DNA of 64,000 nt from Christensenellales bacterium (GCA_050945875.1 JBMNTT010000003.1:47133-111132); one strand, 5' to 3'; shown: positions 16,446-26,409, counted from the first letter of the stretch. Numbers and translations: made by a program. Notes: a model not told the origin generated them from the sequence alone.

Positions 16446-16904
16446 ATGGGACGCTGGGGTTTTTCCTATATGGGCGCGATTTACCTGATCCTGTTGTGGA
16501 TCCCCAATCTGATTTACCTCAAGGCTCGCCCGGCGGACGATGCGGCGCCCGAACCCCGCTGGCTCCACGGCATTGAGATGGTCGGACAGGCCGCCTGCAC
16601 CACGTGCGCGCTGCTTTTTTCCGACTATGATCCGGTTGCATGGTCGCCCTGGAGCCTATGGCTGGTGGGTTCCTGGATGCTGATGCTGCTCTACGAGCTC
16701 TGCTGGGCGCGGTATTTCGTCGGCCCCCATACCCGGGCGCGCATGTATCGCTCCCTGGGGTTCATCCCCGTGCCCTTGGCGACGCTGCCGGTAGCCGCGT
16801 TTTTCCTGCTGGGCGTCTATGGCCGGGTGATTTGGCTGATGTTCGCCGCCCTAGTTCTGGCGGTGGGCCACATCGGTATCCATCTGATCCATGCCCGAGC
16901 CTGA
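16446..16904 (+). CDS. hypothetical integral membrane protein (about 4 TM helices)
   Basis: The 152-aa hydrophobic ORF has its own RBS and promoter, and a terminator follows. I do not recognise the family. Confidence 0.6.
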   Translation: MGRWGFSYMGAIYLILLWIPNLIYLKARPADDAAPEPRWLHGIEMVGQAACTTCALLFSDYDPVAWSPWSLWLVGSWMLMLLYELCWARYFVGPHTRARMYRSLGFIPVPLATLPVAAFFLLGVYGRVIWLMFAALVLAVGHIGIHLIHARA

Positions 16905-16913
16905 TCCAAAAGG

Positions 16914-16950
16914 ACATGCCCCCGCCCAAAAATGGGCGGGGGCATGTTTT
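16914..16950. terminator. bidirectional intrinsic terminator
   Basis: The hairpin ACAUGCCCCCGCCC-AAAAAU-GGGCGGGGGCAUGU is followed by a U-run. Confidence 0.8.
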
Positions 16951-16960
16951 GTGTCGCAAT

Positions 16961-17455
16961 TTAACGCAAGCAGACCACCTCGTCAAAAGCCTTGCGGGGC
17001 CGCAGATCGGGCGACTCGGCAGGGTAGCCGATGGGCGACACCGCCACCACGGAATCGGTAATGCCCAGCGCCTGCTGCACCTGCTCATTGGAAAACGCGC
17101 CCAGCCAGCAAGTGCCCAGACCCAGCTCCGTGGCCTGGAGCATCATGAAGGACAGCGCGATGGAGCAGTTGACCCCGTCGCTGCGCTGGCTGCACATCAT
17201 CTCCGACACGGCCGTGGCGCAGATCACCAGGTCCGCCGGGGCCTCGGCGACCATCTGTTGATTGTGGCAGGCGGTCGCCAGCTGCCTGCGCAGCTGCGGA
17301 TCGGTCACGACGATGAACTTCCACTCCTGTCGGTTGCTGCCCGAGGGGGCCAAGCGGCCGGCCTCCAACACCTGGCGCAGCTTTTCCGGCTCGATGGGCC
17401 GGGGATCATATTTGCGGATACTGCGGCGGGCGGCGATGGCTTCAGATACGGTCAT
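16961..17455 (-). CDS. nitroreductase family protein
   Basis: The start is the internal Met MTVSEAIAARRSIRKYDPRPIEPEKL... (AAAGGAG RBS). It contains APSGSNRQEW, typical of the NfnB/NADH oxidase-like fold. Confidence 0.8.
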   Translation of the reverse strand: MTVSEAIAARRSIRKYDPRPIEPEKLRQVLEAGRLAPSGSNRQEWKFIVVTDPQLRRQLATACHNQQMVAEAPADLVICATAVSEMMCSQRSDGVNCSIALSFMMLQATELGLGTCWLGAFSNEQVQQALGITDSVVAVSPIGYPAESPDLRPRKAFDEVVCLR

Positions 17456-17475
17456 GGTACGCACTCCTTTCAACC

Positions 17476-18243
17476 TCACACATGGCGGGCAGGCGCGCCG
17501 ACGTAGGCGTCGGTACGGGGAATCCAATCCAAGAACTTCTCCAGCTGAATATCCCAAAAGCCCCACTCATGCGCGTACTGAGGCATCTCGTCCCAATAGA
17601 CCTCCCCGCCCTGGGCGCGGAACTGGTCGCGCAGGCGCTGGTTGATGGCATAGAGCTCATCCTTCACGCCGCAGGACATGTATGCCTTGGGCAACTGATC
17701 CATCCGGTCGGCGTAGCGCGCCAGCAGGATAAACAGATCCGGCCAGGTGTCGGTGCACACCGCGTCGGCAGGCTGGTCCACCCCGGTCTCCCAGATACCC
17801 GCAGAGAAGGCTCCGAGCGCGCAGTAGGCCTCCGGCCTGGACAGGGCGTGCAGCAGCGCCCCAAAGCCCCCCATGCTCAGCCCGGCGATATAGGTATCCT
17901 CCCGCCGGGTCGAGATCGGAAACAGGCCGCAGACGAAATCCGGCAGCTCCTGGGCCAAAAAGTCATAGAATCGGTCGCCGCCGGGATAGTTGGCGTAGAA
18001 TTTGTTCTCCCCCGACAGGGTAACCACGGCAATATTGCGCTCCTCCGCGTAGCGCTCCAGGGAGGTGAAGCGATGCCAAACGGTGCTGTTGCCCATGTAG
18101 CCGTGCAGCAGGTAGAGCACCGGATACGGCGCCTCGGGCTTATGCCTGCGCCCCTCCCCCGGGAGCGCCGTGGGCAGGATCACCGATACCTCCACCATGC
18201 GGTCGAGGGTGTAGGAGACAAAGCTGCATTGAAACAAACCCAT
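17476..18243 (-). CDS. putative esterase (esterase D / tributyrin esterase-like alpha/beta hydrolase)
   Basis: YLLHGYMGNSTVW and the nucleophile elbow GLSMGGFGAL are present. It is a paralogue of 28553..29398. Confidence 0.75.
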   Translation of the reverse strand: MGLFQCSFVSYTLDRMVEVSVILPTALPGEGRRHKPEAPYPVLYLLHGYMGNSTVWHRFTSLERYAEERNIAVVTLSGENKFYANYPGGDRFYDFLAQELPDFVCGLFPISTRREDTYIAGLSMGGFGALLHALSRPEAYCALGAFSAGIWETGVDQPADAVCTDTWPDLFILLARYADRMDQLPKAYMSCGVKDELYAINQRLRDQFRAQGGEVYWDEMPQYAHEWGFWDIQLEKFLDWIPRTDAYVGAPARHV

Positions 18244-18314
18244 CGTTGCTTCCTCCCGTCAGAAAATATTTTGTTCTATAATGAGTATAGCAGCCCGCTT
18301 TGGTCCTGACAAGG

Positions 18315-18344
18315 GAAAACGCCCCGATTTCTCGGGGCGTTTTG
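18315..18344 (-). terminator. intrinsic terminator after the GntR-ABC operon
   Basis: The hairpin AACGCCCCGA-GAAA-UCGGGGCGUU is followed by a U-run on the minus strand. Confidence 0.7.
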
Positions 18345-18346
18345 GA

Positions 18347-19000
18347 TTAGTATTCCTTGCGCTGACAGATGCGCACCGACAGGCGGTAGCTCAGCCAGAG
18401 CAGGAGCAAAATGGCCACCGGGGCGATCCAGATGAACTGCTCGATCACCCGGTCCCAGTTGACCGATGCGACGAAATCAGGAAAGCGCTCGCGCACCAGC
18501 GAGACGCCGGTGAAGATCAGCACCGTGGGCGCGGCGTAGCACAGGATCATCAGCAGACGAGCCCGCTCCGCACCGAAACGGAATAGCAGCGGCAGCATGA
18601 CCGAACCGAAGAACAGCGCGATGGCCAGCAGCAAGGCGTGCGCGCCGAGCGTCTCCGACCAAGGCAGCCCTTTATCCGGCATAAAATAGCCGGCCGCCAG
18701 GCAGATCAACAGCGAGAGCACCGCGCCGCCCGCGCTGAGCAGGAACAGCAGCGCATACTTGGATCGCACCAAGTCCCGGCGGGTGATCGGTAAGGTCAGC
18801 GCGTAGGGCGGCCAGTGGGCCATGTCGTCATAGCTGAAGGTGGTGGTGGCGACCATGGAAGTCAGCAGCACAATGACCGCCGAAAAACTGATCGTCCCCG
18901 CGGTGGGGATGAAAATAGCGGCGTACACCGCCAGCAGCAGCGCCAACGTGCAGAAATACTTGCGCAGATTGAGCAGATCCTTGAGCAGCAGACCGGTCAT
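18347..19000 (-). CDS. ABC-2 type transporter permease
   Basis: The 217-aa protein has 6 TM helices, and its start overlaps the ATPase stop by 4 nt. Confidence 0.7.
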   Translation of the reverse strand: MTGLLLKDLLNLRKYFCTLALLLAVYAAIFIPTAGTISFSAVIVLLTSMVATTTFSYDDMAHWPPYALTLPITRRDLVRSKYALLFLLSAGGAVLSLLICLAAGYFMPDKGLPWSETLGAHALLLAIALFFGSVMLPLLFRFGAERARLLMILCYAAPTVLIFTGVSLVRERFPDFVASVNWDRVIEQFIWIAPVAILLLLWLSYRLSVRICQRKEY

Positions 19001-19854
19001 AGCGCTTCCCCCCTGACGTAAAACAGCATGATCTGTTCGATATTCACCCGTTCGGCATGGACTCCCGGCAGACGCTGAGCCACCGCCACGCGGTCCTGTA
19101 CCAGCGCCTCCACGCCGAAGGCGTCCCGGCGCACCCGCACCACCTGACCGGCGGGCAGGCTGCGCAGCTGCTGCTCGCCCACGCGGATCACGCCCATCTC
19201 GTCCATGAGGGCGTCCCGACTCTTGGAGAAGACGATCTGGCCCTGATGGATGAAGGTGATGGCGTCGGCAATTTTGTCCAGGTCGCTGGTGATATGGCTG
19301 GAGAAGAGGATGGCATGGGTCTCATCCTGCATGAACTCCAAGAACAGGTCCAGCATCTGCTCGCGCACGATGGGGTCCAGCCCGCTGGTGGCCTCGTCCA
19401 GGATCAGCAGGGTGGGATGATGCGCCAGCGCGGCCAGGATGTTGAGCTTCATCTGCATCCCCTTGGAATAATCCTTGACCGCCTTGCCCCCGGGCAGCTC
19501 GAAGCGCTCGCAGGCCTGGCGGAACCAGCCTCGATCCCAAGTACGGTAGATGCGCCCTAGGATGCGGTCCACATCCCCCAAGGTCAGGTTGTCATGGAAA
19601 TGGCTCTCGGCGAACACCACGCCCAGCCGTTCCTTGAGCGCCCGCTCCTCCCCGGAGTAGGGGCCTCCCAGCAGCGCGACCTCCCCCCCATCGGGCCGAA
19701 CGATGCCCAGCAGGCTCTTGATGGTGGTGGTCTTGCCCGCGCCGTTCTCCCCCACAAAACCCATGATCGTGCCCGCAGGCACCTGGAAACTCACCGGACC
19801 CAGGTCAAACCCGGGGTAATGCTTGGTCAAATTGGACACGCTGCATGCGTTCAT
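18997..19854 (-). CDS. ABC transporter ATP-binding protein
   Basis: Walker A (GENGAGKTT), the signature (YSKGMQMKL) and Walker B (LLILDEATSGLD) are all present. Confidence 0.9.
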   Translation of the reverse strand: MNACSVSNLTKHYPGFDLGPVSFQVPAGTIMGFVGENGAGKTTTIKSLLGIVRPDGGEVALLGGPYSGEERALKERLGVVFAESHFHDNLTLGDVDRILGRIYRTWDRGWFRQACERFELPGGKAVKDYSKGMQMKLNILAALAHHPTLLILDEATSGLDPIVREQMLDLFLEFMQDETHAILFSSHITSDLDKIADAITFIHQGQIVFSKSRDALMDEMGVIRVGEQQLRSLPAGQVVRVRRDAFGVEALVQDRVAVAQRLPGVHAERVNIEQIMLFYVRGEAL

Positions 19855-20231
19855 ATCGATTCTCCTTCATACAAGAGCGTCACGATCTGCTGAAACTCCT
19901 CCAACGAGACGCCGCTCTGTTTGGCCAGGGCGACCGCCTGGGCCATATACGCCTCGGCCTGGCGCAGGTGCTCCTCCCGGATCAGCTCCAGGTTGGCCCC
20001 TGCCACAAAACAGCCCTTCCCCGCAACGGTTTGGATCAATCCCGCCGATTCCAATTCGGCATATGCCCGCTTGGTGGTAATCACGCTGATGCGCAGCTCC
20101 TTGGCCAACAGGCGCATGCTGGGCAGCGCGGACCCTTGTGGCAGCTCGCCCGAGAGAATCTTGGCCTTGATCTGCTCGGTGATCTGCTCATAAATCGGCT
20201 TGGGGTTGGCGTTGGAGATGAGGATATCCAT
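19851..20231 (-). CDS. GntR family (YtrA-like) transcriptional regulator
   Basis: The 126-aa protein contains LPSMRLLAKELRISVITTKRAYAELE. It is the first gene of the three-gene regulator-ABC unit. Confidence 0.85.
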   Translation of the reverse strand: MDILISNANPKPIYEQITEQIKAKILSGELPQGSALPSMRLLAKELRISVITTKRAYAELESAGLIQTVAGKGCFVAGANLELIREEHLRQAEAYMAQAVALAKQSGVSLEEFQQIVTLLYEGESI

Positions 20232-20249
20232 CTCGCTCTGCCTCCTCTA

Positions 20250-20300
20250 TAGTGTATATACGCTATATGCACAGTATACCCGATTATACACGGATGTCAA
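20250..20300 (-). promoter_or_regulatory. promoter (TTGACA-16-TATACT) with overlapping GTATAC/GTATATAC repeats, the candidate GntR operator
   Basis: The palindrome GTATATAC (20254..20261) and GTATAC (20274..20279) flank and overlap the -10 hexamer. Confidence 0.45.
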
Positions 20301-20359
20301 GGGGATTTTTGTGCCAAAAAAGCCGACCCCTCGCTGGAGCCGGCGCAGCGCCTAACGCG

Positions 20360-21577
20360 TCAGGCATAACTGATCAAAATCAACAGTGTATGGCGATCGT
20401 TTGGGTCCTCGACCCAGTAAGCGGCCTTGGCGTTGCCGATGCGGTCGAGCACCTTGGACAGGAGGCCACTGTGCCCCGCGTCCCCCTGAATTAGCGCCTC
20501 CAGCTGCGCGTGGCTGGCGGTTTTCAGGGCGATCTGGCGGGTCTGCCCGGCCTTGTCGTCGGCGATCTGAACGATTCGGTCCGCCAGTACGCTCTCGCCC
20601 TCCCCCGCCTCGGCCAGCACGTCATAACAGGGCGCCTTCAGACTCGCGTCGGTGCAGGCGGGGATCAACGGTTTGATGATCGGGCTGAGGGTATGGTTGG
20701 CGAAGGCCTCCTCGTCGGTCATGGCGAAGGCCCCATAGCTGATGGGCGATAGATTCTCTAGACCATTCTCCCGCAGCGCCTGACCGAGCATGGCGCTGGC
20801 CTGCGCGCCGGTGGAGGCGTCGATGTAGGTGGGGCGCCCGTCCAGGCTGACCAGGTTCCAAACATGGCCATCGGGGCGGCCCATGTCCGATCCGTTGTAG
20901 AAGACCTTGTAGCTGTCCAGACCCGCTAAATTCATCAGCATCATCGCCGCTGAGGCGAAGCCGTCGCACTGAGCGACGCCCTCCACCAGCACGCCGTAGG
21001 CGGTGAACACCTGGTCGCCCTGCTGCATGTCATTGCTGGTGCGATAGGTCGCCTGGCGACAGAGGTACTCGTAGAGATACTGGGCCTTGTCCCGCTCGGT
21101 GGGCAGCGGGGGCATCTGGTCCACTACCTCCTGGGCGCGCTCCAGAGCCTGACGGTTTTTCTCCACGTTGTCGAGCTCCACCTGGGGAAGGGTGATACGG
21201 GTCATTCCCCAGTGGTGGGTGACAAAGTTCTGCAGTTGCACCGTGCTGGTGGACAGCTCCGGTCGGTCCCCTTTGAGCAGATAGAGTACCTCTTCGACAG
21301 TCTGCGGATCGAAGCTCCCCTTCAGCTCAATCTGCCGGGAGCCGGTCTGGTAGGCATAACACAGCGCGTCGTAGAGTCTGCGCCGGTCCGGGTCCAGGCT
21401 GTCGCGATAGTGGGTGGACGCCGCCGCGTCGAACGGGTTCTGCCGCTGCTCGCCCTGCTCGATGGGTTGACCGTCCATGTAGACCGCGTCGTCGCCGGAA
21501 AACAGGTGCAACTGGCTACAGCCTGCCAGCAGGCCCGCCAGCAGCATCAGAGCGACTGCGCCCTTGAGTTTTTGCAT
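20360..21577 (-). CDS. lipoprotein with transglutaminase-like (Cys-His-Asp) core
   Basis: It has a signal peptide with a lipobox (LLAGCS). The core reads GVAQCDGFASAAMMLMN...DGHVWNLVSLDGRPTYIDAS. Confidence 0.65.
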   Translation of the reverse strand: MQKLKGAVALMLLAGLLAGCSQLHLFSGDDAVYMDGQPIEQGEQRQNPFDAAASTHYRDSLDPDRRRLYDALCYAYQTGSRQIELKGSFDPQTVEEVLYLLKGDRPELSTSTVQLQNFVTHHWGMTRITLPQVELDNVEKNRQALERAQEVVDQMPPLPTERDKAQYLYEYLCRQATYRTSNDMQQGDQVFTAYGVLVEGVAQCDGFASAAMMLMNLAGLDSYKVFYNGSDMGRPDGHVWNLVSLDGRPTYIDASTGAQASAMLGQALRENGLENLSPISYGAFAMTDEEAFANHTLSPIIKPLIPACTDASLKAPCYDVLAEAGEGESVLADRIVQIADDKAGQTRQIALKTASHAQLEALIQGDAGHSGLLSKVLDRIGNAKAAYWVEDPNDRHTLLILISYA

Positions 21578-21602
21578 GGTCGTCTCCTTCCAACGCCGAT
21601 AT

Positions 21603-21631
21603 AAAGAAAATGAAGGGGCCGAGGCCCCTTC
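21603..21631 (-). terminator. intrinsic terminator after guaB
   Basis: The hairpin GAAGGGG-CCUCGG-CCCCUUC is followed by AUUUUCUUU on the minus strand. Confidence 0.7.
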
Positions 21632-21698
21632 ACGAGGATTTCACGGGGATATCATACGATTCGACGCTCGGAGGCAAAATCATGCCCCGCTGGAAATT

Positions 21699-23207
21699 TT
21701 ATTTGATGCCGCTGACCGCGTTGTCCTTCAGAATGACATCGTGCGCGCCGCCCTCGACGATGCTGGTGGCCGATACCAGGGTGATCTTGGCCTTCTGCTG
21801 CAACTCGGGGATGGTCAGCGCACCGCAGTTGCACATGGTCGAGCGCACCTTGCTCAGCGACTGGGAGACGTTGTCCTTCAGGCTGCCGGCGTAGGGCACA
21901 TAGGAGTCCACGCCCTCCTCGAAGGAGAGCTTCTTGTCGCCGCCCATGTCGTAGCGCTGCCAATTGCGCGCGCGGCTGGAGCCCTCGCCCCAGTACTCCT
22001 TCATATAGCTGCCGTTGATGTTGACCCGGTTGGTGGGGCTCTCGTCGAAGCGGGCAAAGTAGCGGCCCAGCATCAAGAAATCCGCGCCCATGGCCAGGGC
22101 AAGGGTCATGTGATAGTCATAGACGATACCGCCGTCGGAGCAGATCGGCACGTACACCCCGGTCCGCTCGAAGTACTCGTCGCGGGCCTTGGCCACCTCG
22201 ATCACCGCTGTGGCCTGGCCGCGGCCGATGCCCTTCTGCTCGCGGGTGATGCAGATGGAGCCGCCGCCGATGCCGATCTTGACGAAATCCGCCCCAGCCT
22301 CTGCCAGATAGAGGAAACCCTCCCGGTCCACAACGTTGCCCGCGCCGACCTTCACCGAATCGCCGTACTTGGCGCGGATGAAGTCCAGGGTGTTCTTCTG
22401 CCACTGGGTGAAGCCCTCGGAGGAGTCGATGCACAGCACGTCCGCACCCGCGGCCACCAGGGCGGGCACGCGCTCGGCATAATCCCGGGTGTTGATGCCC
22501 GCGCCGACGATGTAGCGCTTGTCGGCATCCAAAATCTCCAGGGAGTTCTCCTTGTGGGAGGCGTAGTCCTTGCGGAAGACCATGTAGAGCAGGTGCTGAT
22601 CGTCGTCCACGATGGGCAGGGAGTTGAGCTTATGCTCCCAGATGATATCGTTGGCCTCCTTGAGGGTGGTGTGCTTGGGGGCGACCACCAGCTTCTCAAA
22701 GGGCGTCATGAAGGAGGAGACCTTCTCATCGGTACTCATGCGGGAGATGCGGTAGTCGCGGCTGGTGACGATGCCCAGCAGCTTGCCGGTGGGGGTGCCG
22801 TCGCAGGTCACGGCCACGGTGGAATGACCGGTCCGCTCCTTCAGGGCCAGGATGTCCTTCAGGGTGCTCTCGGGGGTAATGTTGGAGTCGCTGACCACAA
22901 AGCCAGCCTTGTAGGCCTTGACCCGCGCCACCATGGCGGCCTGGTTCTCGATGGACTGGGAGCCATAGATAAAGGAGATGCCGCCCTCCTTGGCCAGGGC
23001 GACGGCCATCTTGTCGTCGGAAACCGACTGCATGACCGCGCTGGTCAGGGGAATGTTCATATACAGGGAAGACTCCTCACCCCGCTTGAACTTGACCACT
23101 GGCGTGCGCAAGCTGACGTTGCTCGGGATGCACTGATCGGAAGAATAGCCCGGTACCAGCAGGTATTCGCTAAAGGTATGAGAGGGTTCTTCGTAGTAAA
23201 ATGCCAT
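21699..23207 (-). CDS. guaB: IMP dehydrogenase
   Basis: The 502-aa protein has a CBS pair inserted in a TIM barrel and a catalytic loop reading [21 protein letters not shown]. Confidence 0.85.
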   Translation of the reverse strand: MAFYYEEPSHTFSEYLLVPGYSSDQCIPSNVSLRTPVVKFKRGEESSLYMNIPLTSAVMQSVSDDKMAVALAKEGGISFIYGSQSIENQAAMVARVKAYKAGFVVSDSNITPESTLKDILALKERTGHSTVAVTCDGTPTGKLLGIVTSRDYRISRMSTDEKVSSFMTPFEKLVVAPKHTTLKEANDIIWEHKLNSLPIVDDDQHLLYMVFRKDYASHKENSLEILDADKRYIVGAGINTRDYAERVPALVAAGADVLCIDSSEGFTQWQKNTLDFIRAKYGDSVKVGAGNVVDREGFLYLAEAGADFVKIGIGGGSICITREQKGIGRGQATAVIEVAKARDEYFERTGVYVPICSDGGIVYDYHMTLALAMGADFLMLGRYFARFDESPTNRVNINGSYMKEYWGEGSSRARNWQRYDMGGDKKLSFEEGVDSYVPYAGSLKDNVSQSLSKVRSTMCNCGALTIPELQQKAKITLVSATSIVEGGAHDVILKDNAVSGIK

Positions 23208-23287
23208 TTTTCTCCGTCTCCTTCATCTTCTTTTTCTGCCCAGTCGCCCGTTTCTCAGCCCGTCCAGGGCTGTAGGTATGATCGCTT

Positions 23288-23316
23288 ATGATAGCAGATT
23301 TGGCCCAATTTTGCAA
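23288..23316 (-). promoter_or_regulatory. guaB promoter (TTGCAA-17-TATCAT)
   Basis: Hexamers were read on the minus strand, leaving a leader of about 80 nt. Confidence 0.45.
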
Positions 23317-23339
23317 GGGTTTTGTCGATTTGGTATGGT

Positions 23340-24113
23340 TTAGACAGCAAACTTTTCCTCCGTCAGCGCGCGGTGCAGCAGGTCGCGATGCCGCCAAATC
23401 CAGTAGAGGCTGCGGGTGCGCCACGCGAAGCCCCACAGCGGGCCCTCCTGCTCGGGCGTGAGGCCTGGGTCGATGGCCTCGTGGGCGGTCTCGCAGATCA
23501 CAACCTCCAGGATGCGCTCGAACATCCCCCGCCGCTCAGATGCCGTCAGGCCGTAGCGGTCCGCCATCAGGCGGACCTGGCGCGCCCGGCAAGCCGCATC
23601 GGGCAGGCCGTACATGCGCATCAGGTCGTCATCGTGCAGCTGCACGAACAGCCAGATCGCCCGGGCCAACTCCACCATCGGATCGATGGGCCCGGCCATC
23701 TCCCAGTCAATCAGCGCCACGGGCATGCCCTGGCGGCAGACCATGTTCCAGGGGGCGATATCCCCGTGGCTAATCACCCGCTGCGCGCCCCCGATTTCCC
23801 GCAGACACCAGCTGCGCCATACGCCGGGCTGCGGCGGCTGAAAATCCACCACAGCCCGGTGCAGATGGCGAATCATCCCCGCCACCTCGGCCAGGGCCGC
23901 GTCGCTCCAGGGCTTGGGGTGTATGAAATTCCCTTCCATAAAACTGTAGGCCGCCTGGGTCGAGGTGGTGTAACGCAGGCTGGGCGCAGCGATGCCCTTG
24001 GCAGATAGATGCGCCAGCAGCGCGCCGATGTTGCCAGTCTCAGCGCAGAGCGGACGCAGCACAGTATCCCCCCGCCGGTAGACCTGCTTTTCCGAGGACA
24101 GCAAAGTATCCAA
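23340..24113 (-). CDS. phosphotransferase (APH/choline-kinase-like) family protein
   Basis: It carries a Brenner-type motif (VISHGDIAPWNMV) and IDWEMAG. Confidence 0.7.
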   Translation of the reverse strand: MDTLLSSEKQVYRRGDTVLRPLCAETGNIGALLAHLSAKGIAAPSLRYTTSTQAAYSFMEGNFIHPKPWSDAALAEVAGMIRHLHRAVVDFQPPQPGVWRSWCLREIGGAQRVISHGDIAPWNMVCRQGMPVALIDWEMAGPIDPMVELARAIWLFVQLHDDDLMRMYGLPDAACRARQVRLMADRYGLTASERRGMFERILEVVICETAHEAIDPGLTPEQEGPLWGFAWRTRSLYWIWRHRDLLHRALTEEKFAV

Positions 24114-24129
24114 AGCTCGGCATCCTCCT

Positions 24130-24157
24130 AAAAAAAGCGCCGCTCTGCGCGGCGCTG
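24130..24157 (-). terminator. intrinsic terminator after the GH30 gene
   Basis: The hairpin AGCGCCGC-loop-GCGGCGCU is followed by U7 on the minus strand. Confidence 0.75.
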
Positions 24158-24160
24158 GTT

Positions 24161-25489
24161 TCAGCCCATTACAAAGGTGTTGAGCGAGAAGGGCTGGGCG
24201 GTAACGGTGAAATGGGTCTGCCCATCCACCAGGGTGAAGTCCCGGGTCTTGGGCATGTTGTTCTGCATCACGATCACCCGCTTGCCGTCGGGGTTTTCAA
24301 AAGCCACGCAATTGCCCGTCCAGTGGCCCTGGGTCCTCAGGCGCACCGCCCCGGGCTGGATGAAGTTGCTATAGTGCTTCATGACGTAGAACTCAGGGTT
24401 GTAGGTGATTCGATCGGCCGCGGGGTCCACTGTGATCATGGCGTTCTGTCGCCACCCCCAGGTACTGTTGCCGCCGGGCTCAAGCACCATGTTCCAATAG
24501 ATGTAAGCACTGGCGCCGTTGGCGAAATAGTGGCGGTAGAGGTTGGCGATGTAGTGAGCGTAGGGCCAAGTGTTGGCGCCGTCGCCGCACTCGTTCTCGG
24601 TCTGCATCAGAGCGACCTCCGGCCAGCTCTCGTGGGTCTGCTGCATGGCGTATTTTCCGGCCCACTGGTAGCTGACGCCCCGGATGTACCGGCGCGCGTC
24701 GGGGTCGGACAGCACCAGGTTGGCGTACTGATCATAGGTCGTGTGCAGGAAGCGGTGATCGGTCTCCGGGCCATTGAGGGTGCCCAGCCAGATCTCCGTG
24801 TCCACCCCCTCCCGCTCAAACAGCGGACCTAGATACTCGGCGATGAACTGCCGGAACTGCTCCCCGGTCCAGATACAGGAGGGGAATTTCTGGTCGCTCA
24901 TGGGCTCGTTCTGCACATGCAGCTGGCTGATGGGGATGCCCGCCTCGCCATAAGCCTGGACGAACTTGAGCAGGTATTGGGCATAGGCCTTGAGCACCCG
25001 GTCCTCCCAGATGAGGGTACCATGGTTGTGGGCCATGGGGAACTTCATCCAGGTCGGCGGGCTCCAGGGCGATGCGAAAAAGCGCATCCCTGGCGCATAG
25101 GCCTGCGCGGCGCGGATGTACGGAATGAGCGCCTCGTGATCCCGGGCGATGGAGAAATGCTCCAGGGCGTAATCCCCCTCCACCTCATCAAAGCTGTACC
25201 AGCTGCGGGCATAGTCGTTTGCCCCCACAGGCAGACGACACAGGGTGAACCCACACCCGGCATCCGCGTCAAAGAGCTTGTCCAGCACCTCCCGGCGCGC
25301 CTCGGGGGACATCTTTCCCAAAGCAATCCAACCCAGTTCGTTGAAACAGCCGCCGAATCCGGAGATGGTCTGATCCCGCTGATCGGTTATCACCAGCGTT
25401 TCCGACGCTTTCCGGCTCCAAGTCACCTCTCTGCGCTGGATCCAGGGCGCGTCCGGCGTGGTCTGCATCCAGAGAATATCCTTCGGCAT
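24161..25489 (-). CDS. glycoside hydrolase family 30 (glucosylceramidase-like)
   Basis: The start is the internal Met MPKDILWMQTT (GGAGG RBS). It contains FGGCFNELGW..., SPWSPPTWMK and HVQNEP (acid/base). No signal peptide is present. Confidence 0.8.
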   Translation of the reverse strand: MPKDILWMQTTPDAPWIQRREVTWSRKASETLVITDQRDQTISGFGGCFNELGWIALGKMSPEARREVLDKLFDADAGCGFTLCRLPVGANDYARSWYSFDEVEGDYALEHFSIARDHEALIPYIRAAQAYAPGMRFFASPWSPPTWMKFPMAHNHGTLIWEDRVLKAYAQYLLKFVQAYGEAGIPISQLHVQNEPMSDQKFPSCIWTGEQFRQFIAEYLGPLFEREGVDTEIWLGTLNGPETDHRFLHTTYDQYANLVLSDPDARRYIRGVSYQWAGKYAMQQTHESWPEVALMQTENECGDGANTWPYAHYIANLYRHYFANGASAYIYWNMVLEPGGNSTWGWRQNAMITVDPAADRITYNPEFYVMKHYSNFIQPGAVRLRTQGHWTGNCVAFENPDGKRVIVMQNNMPKTRDFTLVDGQTHFTVTAQPFSLNTFVMG

Positions 25490-25744
25490 GCAATTGCCTC
25501 CTTCTGATCCATATCCCTTGCATTTTACACCAGCGCTGTCCAACGCGCAAGATCATGCAGGACATCATGGCTCATTCTTCATTTCCGGGGTCAAAATCCA
25601 TATTTTTTGGATGTTTTCGCAAGAAAAACCGTGTCCGGCGTCTTGTTCCCTCTGGTATTCCATGGTATACTATCAAAAATAGAAATTCCTTTTCTATTTT
25701 AATGCGTTGACCCGCTAGAGAAAATTGATAGGGAGTGGTATGTC

Positions 25745-26245
25745 ATGTTGTTTTGGACTGCCGTATGTGGGTTCGGTTTGGCTTTGGCTCTGGGGTTGGC
25801 CTGGTGCCTGCGCCGCCGGGTGAAGGTCTCGCCGTTGCTGCTGGTATGCGTGTTCCTGTTTGGGATGATCCTGACCGGCTGCGGCTCCAACAACAGCGCC
25901 GCGCCGGTGCAGTCTAAGGAGCCGGCGACGGTGAGCATCGCGCCCAATAGCGGCAACACCGCCGCGCGCCTGCAGGTGATGGAATCGAAGGAGCGCAGTG
26001 TCGCCGTGGGCGGCACGGTCAGCGTCACCATCCAGTATTCTCCCGGCATCGTCACCGCCGATGAGATCGAGTTCGTCATCGCCCCGGAGGGCGTCATCGA
26101 GCAGGTCGATACCACCAGCAAGATGCTTGGCTCGCTCACCTGCAACCTCTCGGCCGTGGCCGAGGGCGAGGTGACCCTCTACGCTCAGATCAACGGCGGC
26201 GAGGTCAAGAGTGAGGAAGTGAAGATCACTGTGACCGCCGAATAA
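25745..26245 (+). CDS. hypothetical lipoprotein with an Ig-like (Big_2-like) beta domain
   Basis: A lipobox (MILTGCGS) follows the hydrophobic N-terminus. The C-terminal ~110 aa are beta-rich. The exact start is uncertain. Confidence 0.55.
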   Translation: MLFWTAVCGFGLALALGLAWCLRRRVKVSPLLLVCVFLFGMILTGCGSNNSAAPVQSKEPATVSIAPNSGNTAARLQVMESKERSVAVGGTVSVTIQYSPGIVTADEIEFVIAPEGVIEQVDTTSKMLGSLTCNLSAVAEGEVTLYAQINGGEVKSEEVKITVTAE

Positions 26246-26258
26246 AACAATTCGCCAA

Positions 26259-26289
26259 GGGACCGCGCAAATTGCGCGGTCCCTTTTTT
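26259..26289 (+). terminator. intrinsic terminator
   Basis: The hairpin GGGACCGCGCA-AAU-UGCGCGGUCCC is followed by U6. Confidence 0.8.
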
Positions 26290-26294
26290 CGGGC

Positions 26295-26323
26295 TTGCGC
26301 CCTGGAGATTTGCCTGATATACT
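26295..26323 (+). promoter_or_regulatory. promoter TTGCGC-17-TATACT for the 26410 gene
   Basis: Hexamers were read on the plus strand. Confidence 0.45.
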
Positions 26324-26409
26324 ATGGTCAGAACAATTTCAAATTGATTTTTCCGTTCCATTCATCTTCCCTTTGAACGCGTTCAGATGTAACCCCACAG
26401 ACAATTTCA

